In this document: positions 1-10,800 of the stretch, piece by piece
Layout of the letters: each line of letters opens with the position of its first letter
Numbering within the stretch: the stretch's first letter is position 1
From: Sphingomonadales bacterium
Lineage (GTDB): Bacteria > Pseudomonadota > Alphaproteobacteria > Sphingomonadales > JAKSBY01
DNA: 43,582 nt
Direction of reading: 5' to 3'
NCBI GenBank assembly: GCA_022360855.1
Contig: JAKSBY010000290.1
Coordinates: 1 to 43,582, forward strand
The notes under the pieces: model-generated
Told to the model about the DNA's origin: nothing
Seen by the model: the letters and a program-made list of their open reading frames with translations, nothing else
The model's database searches: none
Position numbers and translations under genes: made by a program

Positions 1-1554
1 GATCATGGGAAACACCCAGAAGAAGCGGAATTCCTGGTCCGCCGTGCCCCAGCCATAGTGCAGCTCGTCGCTCGGCGAGATATAGCGCGCATTGCTGGCC
101 TTGACGTCGACGCGGTGCATCCAGTGGTGGTTGCTGACAAAGAGGATATTGGGGTTGTCCGGATCGAGCGCGGTATAGCCGTCTTCGGAGCCGATGGTGC
201 GGAATTCATAGGCCGTGCCGTTGCGCCCGCCGCGAGGCCGGCTGGAAACCGTATAGGCCCCCCAATCCTGGACCGTGCCGTAGAGCCAGTAGGGGAAGCG
301 GTTGTCGGTGGCGAGGGTGTAGACCTGCGCGGTCGGTTGGTTGTGGTCCCCCGACCAGGTCACGCCGCCGTTCAGGCTGACCAGCGCGCCGTGGTCCTGG
401 CCGTCGACCAGAATGTCGCTGTTGTCGGGATCGATCCACAGATCGTGATGGTCGCTCTTCAGCCCGTGCATGGCGATATCGCGCATATCCATGAAGCTGG
501 CGCCGCCGTCGTCGCTCCGGAACAGCTCTTCGGCCAGAACGTAGACCCGGTCCGGCAGGCTCGGGTCGCCCTGCATGTGCATATAGTAGTAGGCGCGGGC
601 AAAGAGCCGGATGTCGTCGGTCATGAACTGCCAGTTGTCGCCACCATCGTCGGAGCGGTAAAGGCCCCGTCCCGCATCCGACGAGATCAGGGCATAGACC
701 CGGCCGGTTTGCGCCTCGGTCAGCGCGAGGCCGATCCGCTCGCGCACCTTGGCCTTGGGCAGGCCCGGCGCCTCGGTGATCTCCTCCCAGTTCTCGCCGG
801 CATCCTTTGAACGGTAGATCCGGCTGCCTTCGCCGCCGCTTCGGATGCCCCAGGGAAAGCGCCGGACCTCCCAGGTGGCGGCGTAGAGAAGATGCGGGTT
901 CTTCCGGTCCATGAGCAGGTCGACGACGCCGGAATCCTCGTCCTGAAACAGGATGCGCTGCCAGGTCTCGCCGCCGTCGGTGGTGCGGAAGACGCCGCGT
1001 TCCGGATTGGGCCCGGCGAAATGGCCGAGCGCGGCGACGTAGACGATATCCGGGTCGGTCGGGTGAATGATGATGCGCGGGATTTGCCGCGTTTCCTTGA
1101 GCCCGACATTGGTCCAGCTCTTGCCGCCGTCGGTCGATTTGTAAATGCCGTCGCCATGGGACACGTCCCCCCTGAGCGCATGCTCGCCGGTGCCGACATA
1201 GAGGATGTCCGGATGCGAGCGGGAGATGTCGATGGCGCCGATGGACCCGGTCTTGAAGTAGCCGTCGGAGATATTGAGCCAGTTGTTGCCGGCGTCCGGC
1301 GTCATCCAGACGCCGCCGCCGGTATAGCCCGCATAGAACACGGCCTTGTTGGTCGGATGCCCGACCACGGCGTTGACCCGCCCGCCGATCATCGGCCCGA
1401 CAAAGCGCCACTTCAGGGCGTCGAACGACGTGGCGTCCGATGCCCGCGACGGCATGACCGCCGCGAAGACCAGGAGAGCGGCCGCAACACCGATAAGTAA
1501 AAAAACGCCCAGCCGGGCAAGGGCGTGCGGTTTTGAACGGTTGTCGCGGACCAT
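1..1554 (-). CDS. Secreted BNR/Asp-box (VPS10/sortilin-like) beta-propeller glycosyl-hydrolase-family protein, 5' part only (runs off the window)
   Basis: Absent from the ORF track because there is no stop in the window. Manual translation from ATG 1554 (SD GGAGGT at 1561-1566) gives a signal peptide MVRDNRSKPHALARLGVFLLIGVAAALLVFAAVMPSRA, then WRFVGPMIGGRVNAVVGHP..FYAGYTGGGVW and Asp-box motifs (KSTDGGKSW, RTTDGGETW). The same frame reads QEFRFFWVFPMI at position 1. Confidence 0.88.
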   Translation of the reverse strand, partial: MVRDNRSKPHALARLGVFLLIGVAAALLVFAAVMPSRASDATSFDALKWRFVGPMIGGRVNAVVGHPTNKAVFYAGYTGGGVWMTPDAGNNWLNISDGYFKTGSIGAIDISRSHPDILYVGTGEHALRGDVSHGDGIYKSTDGGKSWTNVGLKETRQIPRIIIHPTDPDIVYVAALGHFAGPNPERGVFRTTDGGETWQRILFQDEDSGVVDLLMDRKNPHLLYAATWEVRRFPWGIRSGGEGSRIYRSKDAGENWEEITEAPGLPKAKVRERIGLALTEAQTGRVYALISSDAGRGLYRSDDGGDNWQFMTDDIRLFARAYYYMHMQGDPSLPDRVYVLAEELFRSDDGGASFMDMRDIAMHGLKSDHHDLWIDPDNSDILVDGQDHGALVSLNGGVTWSGDHNQPTAQVYTLATDNRFPYWLYGTVQDWGAYTVSSRPRGGRNGTAYEFRTIGSEDGYTALDPDNPNILFVSNHHWMHRVDVKASNARYISPSDELHYGWGTADQEFRFFWVFPMI

Positions 1555-1595
1555 GGTGATACCTCCCAGTTCTTCGGGCCTGTTTCCCGGTGCCC

Positions 1596-1627
1596 ATTAA
1601 CACCAAGAATCTGACACGTGTCAAATT
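1596..1627 (-). promoter_or_regulatory. Putative sigma70 promoter of the VPS10-like gene, with a palindromic operator over the -35 box
   Basis: On the minus strand, TTGACA (1624-1619), a 17-bp spacer and GTTAAT (1601-1596). A perfect 12-bp palindrome TGACACGTGTCA lies at 1612-1623, within the near-perfect 20-mer AATCTGACACGTGTCAAATT. Confidence 0.6.
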
Positions 1628-1700
1628 AAAGCGGCGAAGGAGCGTGTCGGCATGCGGGCGGCTGACGTCGGGTCCATTGCCCGCGGATTCCCTAAGCACC

Positions 1701-1739
1701 AAAATAGGGGCTTAGGCACAGCGGGCTAAGCCGCCTTTT
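1701..1739 (-). terminator. Possible intrinsic terminator downstream of the giant RTX gene
   Basis: Inverted repeat GGCTTAG (1709-1715) / CTAAGCC (1726-1732), followed on the minus strand by a short T-rich tail (TATTTT), about 100 bp after the RTX stop codon. Confidence 0.4.
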
Positions 1740-1839
1740 CACGTCCAAAAAATCGGGGGACCGCTGGGGGCCAGCTTAATGAGTTGAGCCGGACGGAAAC
1801 GGGCCGACGGGACCGGCGAATGCCCGCCGCTCTCCGAGT

Positions 1840-4800
1840 CTAGATGCTGCGCTCGACAAGCGGATTGACGGCCGCAAATCTGAAGGTGTTCTCTCCTACA
1901 TCTTGAGATTGGCTCTGGTCCAGATTTGAGGCGGATTGCGGCTCGAATGCCGCCATCGCCTGGATGAACCGCGCAAGTTCGCTCGACTGCATGGCCTCTT
2001 GAACATGGGCGCTCCGAGCTTCTCTGATGTCGATTTCGCTGAGGGCACCAACCGCCGCAAGCCCGGGCGACCTCCAGCCGTGCAACAGGTCGTCGACCAG
2101 TAGCGGCGTGTCAAATCCGAAACTATCCAGGCTTTGCGTTTCGTCGGCGATTGCCGTGGCGGGCTCCGCTGATGATGGGCTGCCGGCGTCCGCGCCGAGT
2201 TCGTTGCGCAAGAAGCGCAAGGCGACGTCGCCGACCTCACCGGTGGTACCGTCTTCGCGGGTGAAGTGGGACGTATTGACGACGACGTTGTCGATGGAGC
2301 CCGTAACGGTTTCGCCGGTCGGGACCGGGGTCAGGTCGATGGACGCGATGCCGCGATCGGCCAGGGATGTGAGCTCATCCGCCTGGCTGACGCCGTCCTG
2401 ATTGGCATCCTGCCAGACCTGAAATTCACCGAAGCGTTCGTCGCCCACGTCGAACACGCCGTCATGGTTGGTATCGAAGGCCGCAATGCCCTCCAGATCG
2501 GTCCTGGCGCCGGGCAGATCGCCGACGAAGGAGATTTCCGAGGCATCGTTGATGACGCCGTCGCCATTACGGTCGAGCGCCAGGAACCCGTCATCCGCGC
2601 CGGCCCAGCCGGTAAAATCGAGATCGCCGTCGCCGTCCATGTCGAAGGCGACGGTCGAGGTCGCCAGCGGGGTCAACTCCACCCCGTCGCCGTCGAGGTC
2701 GATGATCAAAGGAGGAACAAATCCAGTCAGCACAAATAATTCGTTTGTTGCTTCATCGAAATAAAAGCTCTCATGAACTGAAAACGACCAAGGAAACGAA
2801 GAAAATTTAGTCATTCTGAGATACTCAACATCACCAGCAACATTCGTTATACGCCTGGTCCAAGTCGTGGTGCCGCCAAGACCGTTCGGAACAATTTCAC
2901 CAACATAACGATACCCCACAGGCAAGCCATTGGAGCCATTGCCGATGATTGTGCCCGTATTCGGCAGGTTATCCATATCCAACAGAAACTCAAATTCAGG
3001 TACATCGACGACGTTTATGTCGAGTGTGTGTGGTGTCGACGACAATGATGGGTTCCCACCATCCGTTGCCTGAACCGTCAGCGTGTAACTTGTCTGGGTC
3101 TCGTAATCGAGGCCGGTGTTAATTGTAATCTCACCGGTCGAGCTGTTGATGCTAAAGGCGTTACCGTCGTTACCGGACAGGATCGAATAGGTCAGATCAC
3201 CATTCGGCCCTGTGTCGGGGTCTTCTCCATCCACCCTGGCAACAAAGGCGCCGAATTGAGGATTCTCGTCCATGGTTACGGACGTTATCGTGCCGTTGCT
3301 CTGATCCTTGAATCCTAGGATCACAGGCGCGGTATTAACCTCCTCGATCTTGATTTTGACGTCGGCGGTATCCTGCAGATAGCCGGAGAGATGTGAGGCG
3401 CCATTGAAATTGTCGCGCACGACGACTTCGTAATTGTAGAAGCCGCCCGCTGTCGATCCAAAGTCTAGCGCGCCGTTGACCTCGATGAGGCCGGTCGTGG
3501 CGTTGATCTTGAAGCGGCCGTCCGAAGACGTGCCGCTGATGGTGCTGCCATTCCAGAAGTAATAGCGCTTGGTGCCGAGGGTCCCCGTATCGACATCCGT
3601 CGCGGAGATCGAGCCGACGTCGTGTCCGACGCCAACAGAATCCGGAATGCCCGTCGGGCCGCCAAAATTGTAGAGCGTCGCACTCAGAACCGGCGCGTCG
3701 TTGACCTGGTTGACGGTGATGCCGCGCACCGCCGTGGCGGTGGAAAATGCCGAAGTGCCGCCGGTCGCGGTGATGTTGTAGGTGCCGCCGGCGGAGCCGA
3801 CCGACTGGTCCCAGGCACGGAAGGTAATGCCCGAATTGGTGCCGGAGTAGTTGGCGGCGGGAATGAAACGCACCTTGTCGTTGCTGTCCAACAGGCGTGC
3901 GCTGGAAGACGATACGCCGCCGAAATCAACCCAGCCGCTGCCGGCGTTATATTCCCAATGGCCGTTTGTGTTGTCGGCGCCGATAACCGCGATGGCCTTT
4001 TGCGGGGTTCCGTCGACATCGCTCACCGACGAGCTGCCGAGCAACGTCGATACGACGACGCCGCCATTGCCGGTCTCGTCTTCGTTGATGTCGGGAATCT
4101 GGGCGACATTACCGGCACTCAGCACCGGCGCGTCGTTGACGGCGTTGACCTGGACCGATGCGGTATCGGTGGCGGTTGAAAAGGCCGAGCCGCCGCCGCC
4201 CGACGACGCATCGACCCTGGTGCCGGCCGCGCCGGAGGTCTGATCCCAGGCTTTGAAGGTGACGCCGTTGGCAACCGTACCGTTCCAATTGGCGTTCGGC
4301 TTGAAGCGCAGGCTGTCATTGGGGCCGAGCAGCAGGGCGCTGGTCGACGAGACGGTGCCCACGGCGGTCCAGGCGCCGCCGCCGATGCGATACTCCCAGC
4401 TGCCATTGGCGGTGTCGACGGCGACGACGGCGATGGCTTCGGGCTCGGTGCCGCCATCGTCGTAGTCGGGGTCGTCGATGGCGCCGTTGGTCAGCATGGC
4501 GGCGATCGTGGTACCGCCGTTCGACGTGTTGTCCTCGTTGATGGCGCCGAGTGCGTGGCTGATCGCCGTATTCAGAACCGGCGCCTCGTTGGCGTCGGTA
4601 ACCGTCACCGTATAGGTCTGGGTGCTGGTGAACCCGCCGTTATCGGTCACGCGCACCTGGATCTGATGCGACGTGGCCGCCTCGAAATTGATGGCGGCGG
4701 CGTCGTTGACGGAGACGATACCGGTGGCCGCATCGATGCGGAAGCGCCCGCCGGCGTCGTCGACCAGCGTGTAGGTCAGCGTCGCTTCTTCGACCGTTGG

Positions 4801-7800
4801 TGGCGCCCAATAGGTCGTGAAGCCAGCTTCGGTTTCGTCGTAATAGTTGAAGAATCGCGGTGCGATCACATTGTCCGGCAGGCTCGAATCCCAACGGTAG
4901 TTAACGACATTGGCGATCTTTTGCCCCGTCACCGTATCGAATACCCCACCGAACTGGGCGCTGACGTCGTACCCGGTCGTGCTTCCCTGCGGCAGGACGT
5001 AGCCGACGACCTGGTACCAGCGATCGTTCTGCAGGAGGTTCCTCTGGACGTCGTCGCTCCAGGTAATGAAGTAGGGATTGGTGGTGTCGGCCCCCGTGGA
5101 TAGATTCTCTACATAGGCATTCGCGCCCGCCCCCTGATATTGCGCAGGCCCGAAATACAGGTAGTGCTTATTGAGATCGTGCTTCCTGAAATAGATCGTG
5201 TAGCGATAGGCCTTGGTGGGATCGATGGTGATGTCGCTTGTTCTCCAGAAGCCGCCGCCTGACTGGGCCGTGCCGCCGTCCTGGCCCGTCTCCAGCGCAG
5301 TAATCGTCGTGCCGTCCGGGCCAATGACATTGGCCCAACGGATCTCGTTAGTGTTGTTCGGACCCCAACCCGGCAGGGTCGGCGTGCCGGTCGAATACTG
5401 CCAGGCGCTGGTATCGACGAGATTTGTCTCATCGAAGTCCGGGTCCGACGCGGCCACAGTGCCAACATATGTACCGTTGGCAGCGGCTTCCGAGACGGAG
5501 CCGGAGAAGCTGTCCACCGACGGCGGTGCGTTGACCGAGACATTGAGCGTCTCCACGGACGTTGCCGGCGCGCCGCCGGAGGCCTCGGTGGCCCGCGCGG
5601 TGACGGTCAGGTCGAAGTCGGTGCCCGTGTTGTCCGCGACGGGCGTAATTGTCAGGCCCGTGAGGTCGGCGGGGCTGAGGCGCCACAGGCCACCGCCCTG
5701 ATCGACGCCCTTATTGAGCGTGGCGCCGGTCGGCACGCCGGCGATGTCGATTTCAAGCGATTCCGAGCCGTCGGTATCGGCCAAGCTCGACGTGATCGAA
5801 AGCGCGATTGCCGTGCCCTGATTGCCGGCTGCGTCGTTGACGGCGAGATTCGGTGCGTCGGCGACGGCGTCGACGGTGACGGTCAGGGTCAGTGTCGTCT
5901 CGAGGCCGCCGTCGTCGACGATCACATTAAACGTCTCGGACCCGCTGATCTGGGCCAGCGGCGCCAGCGTAATCCGCCGCGTATTGTCGTCCACGAACTC
6001 GCCGTTAATCACCGACGGGAAAAGCGTGCCGCTGGTTTCGGCGCGCACGGTCAGCGAGGCGTCGGGGGTCTTGATCTGGCCAGTGTCGGTGACGTCGAAC
6101 AACAGCTCCAGCGAGCCGTCTTCCGCCACGCGAACGTCCAGCGGATTGATGCCGGGGGTGGTGAGGACGATGCTTGGTGGATCGTTGATGTCCCAGGCCG
6201 TCTCCACCTCGGTGCGAATCGATGCCGGGATCTCGCTGACGCCGGTCGGCATATCGCCGTAGCCCTGCATGATCGAAAGAAGCGCCGGGATGTTGACGTC
6301 GGTCTTCGACTGCATGGAACCGGCGATAAACAGCTCCACCGAATAGTGCTGCTGCATGTTGCCGGCGACATCGAACATATTGAGGATGATGACCGATGAT
6401 GTGGTGTTCAGAACCGACGCCCGCAGCTCCGTGCCGGTGGCGTCATCGCGGGTAAAGGTCTTGGTGACGGGGTCGTAGTTGCCGCGCTCGAACCAGATAT
6501 TCAGATAGGAGATGTTGTCGCCATACGCGACCTGATCGGCGGAGCCGGTCGTATCGTAGTCGTTGATGACGTCTTGGCCGGTATTCAGGCCGGCATGGTA
6601 GGTGTCAGCCCCGGCGCCCCCGACCATGAAGTCGTTGCCTGCTTCGCCGTAAAGGTGATCACCGGCCGTGCCTGCTTCGAGAGTGTCGTCGCCGTCACCG
6701 CCCATCAGCGTATCCGGCGAGGCGCCACCGAACAGGTGGTCGTTGCCGGCCTCGCCATAGATCATGTCGCTGTCGCCCTCGCCATGCAGCGTGTCGTCGC
6801 CGTCGCCGCCATAGAGCGTGTCCTGACCGTCACCGCCGTAGATGGTGTCGTTGCCCGCACCGCCGATCAAGGTGTCGCCGCCGGCGCCGCCGGTGAGCGT
6901 GTCGGCTCCACCGCCGCCGTCCAGGGTTTCGGCTATCGTGCCGCCGGTGAGGCTGTCGGCGCCCGACGTGCCGATTACCTTTTCAATGTTGGCGAATGTG
7001 TCGCCTTGGGCGTCGCCGCCGGTGGCGGTATTGGCGGCCAGATCGACCGTTACCGCCGAGGCGGAAGCCGAGTAGTCCGCGGTGTCGAGTCCGGTGCCGC
7101 CATCCAGGCTATCCGCGCCGGCCCCACCGATGAGAATGTCGTCGCCGGCACCGCCCGCCAACGTATCGTTCTGGCCCTGGCCCATCAGGGTGTCGGCGCC
7201 GTCGCCGCCCTGCAGATTGTCGTCGCCTCCGCCGCCATAGAGAAGGTCGACGCCGGCCCCGCCTTCCAGGACATCGTTGTCGGCGTTGCCATTCAGCGTA
7301 TCGTCGCCCGCCCCGCCGCGGAGCGTATCGGCGCCATCGCCGCCCGACAGATCGTCATTGCCGAAACCGCCCTCCAAGAGGTCGGCGCCGGCCAAGCCCG
7401 ACAGGATATCATTGCCGTCATTGCCGAAGATATGGTCGACGCCCTGTGCGCCGGTCAGCGTATCGTTGCCCGAACCGCCATTAAGCACGTCAATCTCGTC
7501 ATTAATGGTGACGGTGATCGGCTGGTTGAAGACGAATCCGGTGCCGTTGTTGTCGGTGGCCGTGACGGTCAGGGCGATCGATGTATCGCCGGCTTCATAG
7601 TCGAGCGAAGAGCCCGCCTTCAGCTTCAGTACACCGGCCGATACCTCGAAGCGGTTGTCGCCAGAGACGGACCAGACGTGCTGGCCGTAGGCGCTGGTAA
7701 TATCGTCCTCGTCTGTAACCTGGAAGGTCGCCACCGTGCCGCCGCTGGCAAGATGCTCGCCGATAATCAGCGTGTCCGAAGTTGTGATCGCGCTCGGCGC

Positions 7801-10800
7801 CTCGTTGATATCGTTGACCGTGATCGCGTAATTCTGTTCGACCCACGCGCCTGCGACGTCTGTCACGCGAATGATCACCGAATGGCTGTCCGCGATTTCA
7901 TGGTTCAGACTGGCGCCGGCCTTAACCGTCACCTGCCCCGAATTCGGGTCGATTTGGAAAAAGCCGGATGGATCGGATTGCAGCGAGAATGTCAGGGAAT
8001 CGCCAATGTCGGGATCGCTTGCCGTGGCCGTGCCAACGACGGTGCCGGCCGCGGAGTTTTCGTCGACCGCGCCCGAGAAGGCCAGCGATTCCGGCGTATC
8101 GTTGGTATTCGCAACATTGATCGAGAAGGTCGTCGTTGCCGAACTCTTGCCGTCCGAAGCGAAGACTTTCAGGTCGACCGTTCCGACATCGTCGTTAAGC
8201 GGGGTGCCGGAAAAGGTCTGCGTGGCGGTGTTGAACTGCAGCCAGAAATTGACCGGTATCGGCGCGCCGCTTGCGAAAGTCGCCGAATAGCTTAGCGGGT
8301 CGTTCTCCGGATCGCTGAATGTAGCGGCTGGCACCTGGAAGGAAAAAAGGCTGTCTTCGGTCGCAGCCTGGTTGGCGATGGTCTGCGCGACGACCGGGGG
8401 CTCGTTGGTAACGCTCGAAAGCGGATCCCGGGTCTGGTCGGCAAACTGCAGAAACTCGATATTGTCGAGGGTGTCCTCACCATCGTCACCGTCCGTTAAA
8501 TCGGTATCGGCGACCGTGAAGAGGCCCGTGACCTCGTCGATGGAGATCGCATAGCCTGCGAAAAGCCCGTTATAGACCGCGGTGTCGGAACCGTCTCCGC
8601 CGTCAATCGTGTCGTTGCCGCCACGTCCCTCGAGCAGGTTGTCGCCGGTATTGCCGGTAATCGTGTCGTTCTGATCGCTGCCGACCACATTCTCGACGCT
8701 GGTCAACGTATCGGTGCCGCGGCCCATGGCCGTCCCGGCTGTCAGATCGATTGTCCAGGCGACCGCGCTGTTGGAGGCGTCGACGGTATCCGAGCCGGTG
8801 CCGCCATCGATGGAATCGTTTGCTGAAGACGTCTCCTCGAGATCGAAGCGGTCGTCCCCACCGCCGCCGATCAAGGTGTCGGTCCCGTCGCCGCCGATCA
8901 GCTCGTCGGCGCCGTCGCCTCCGGTCAGCGTGTCGTTGCCGCCGAAGCCAAAAATCCGGTGGCCACCGGTCAAGCCGGCGGCAGACAGCTGGTCGTCTCC
9001 CGGCGTGCCGACCAGAATGACCCGATCCTCGTAGAGTTCGTTGACTTGCCAGGATGCGGCAATCGCCGCATCAACCTCGGCCTGGGTCGGTTGCACGGCC
9101 GATACGACCGGGAGTATCCCGAAGGCCACATCGATGTCGAATCGACTCAGGCTGTGGGTCGGCGTTATCACGCGGCGGACACGATTGTCGGCCTCGTCGA
9201 ACCAGCCCGAGACCGTGACGCTGGCGCCGCCGCCGGCCACGTCGATCTTCAGGTCTTGCCCGACCCGGGAGAAGGTCAGGTCTTCAAATGCGACCGAGTT
9301 ATCGAAGACGATATCATCGAGCCCGCCATCGTTGGTGAGGGTGTCGTTGCCCGAGGTCGACGTGAACAGGTAGGTGTCGTCTCCCTTGCCGCCATCTATG
9401 GTGTCATCGCCCGGGCCGCCGTCGAGGATGTCGCCGGCTGCACCGCCTATCAGCTGATCATCGCCGGCTCCACCGACCAACACATCCGGATCACGGTTGG
9501 ACAGCAGGCTCGCCATATGGGTATCGTCCGTTACCCAGCCCGTTGTCGGCAAAGGCGAGCCAAACGCATTGCCCGTCGAGTCCAACGTGAAAAATACACC
9601 TGGCCCAAGGGTCTGCACCAAATCGAAGTCAACCACCCTGCCTTCTGCGGGGTTGGCATCGCCACTAACCTCGGCAGCCGTCAGCGTCCGGTCCCAAATC
9701 TTGGCGCGGTAATACTCGCCGCTGAAGCTCTCAGCAGGATCGTAGCCGCCTCCGTAGCTATCCTGGTCTTGCCCCAAAACCAGTATGGTAGAACCGGACA
9801 GGCTATAACCAGTACGGAAACCGGTCGTTTCGTAAACAAGCTGGCCGTTGTCATAGATTTTCAGATCGCCGGCCGTGTTATCCCAGCTGACGGTCAGTCT
9901 GTGCAGTTCGCCGGCGGTTAACGATACCCCGGTGGAAATTTGAGTGCCACCAATCGTGACATTCAAGTTGTCGGGCTGAGAAATCAGAATCTCGTCCGGA
10001 TTTGAGGGACTCGCCAATGACAGAATGGCCCGGTCACCGCTCATACTGGCCGGCACAATTTCCATCTCAACGGTGAATGCCGCGCTCGGTGAAGCGGGAA
10101 GAGTTAGAGTTTTCAGGCCGGACAAGTTGGACGTACCGTCCATCGCCATGCCGAAAGCCAGCGTCGAGGTTTCCTCGTATTCGGCGATGAGCAGATCGTC
10201 GCCAGCGCCGCCAATGAGCTGATCTGAGCCGATTCCCCCGACCAGCTTATCGTCACCTGCGCCGCCGTCGAGGACGTCGTTCCCGGCCCCGCCTTCGAGC
10301 ACTTCGACGTTGGCAGATGTTCCGCCTTCGCCGCCTGAGATGTTATCGTCGCCCTCACCGCCCAGAAGCGTATCCGTGCCGGCATCGCCGATAAGAACAT
10401 CGTCGCCGAAGCTGCCGGTCAGAGCATCGTCGCCTTTGTTGCCTTTCAGGACGTTGTCGTTGGAGTCGCCCGTAATAGTATCGGCAGAATCGGAGCCCGT
10501 AACATTCTCGATGCCCGAAAGCACATCGCCCGCCGCGTCGCCGCCAGCCTGGGCGCCCGCCGAGCTCAGATTGACCGTAATACCGGAATCCGAGCCATTG
10601 TAGATCGCCGTATCAATGCCCGTGCCGCCGGTCAGCGTGTCGGCGCCTGCTCCGCCCGATAGCTTGTCGTCGCCGTCGCCGCCGTCGAGCGTGTCATCGC
10701 CGGCAAGTCCGGAGAGCGTATCGTCGCCGTCGCCGCCGTTGAGCGTATCGGCCGCCGCGCCGCCGACCAGAAAATCGTCGTTCGCGGTTCCTGCGCCGGA

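Noticed and set aside
1-4. Window begins with GATC and is cosmid/fosmid-sized, raising the possibility that the two junctions are cloning chimeras
   Set aside because: Neither junction (~23925, ~37060) sits on a GATC site, and the operator motif occurs on both sides of the 37060 junction, so the locus is coherent.
58-1702. ORFs 58..810(+), 206..1702(-) and 892..1500(+)
   Set aside because: Shadow or off-frame ORFs of the real VPS10-like gene (1554 to 1, minus strand), which has family motifs, an SD and a signal peptide.
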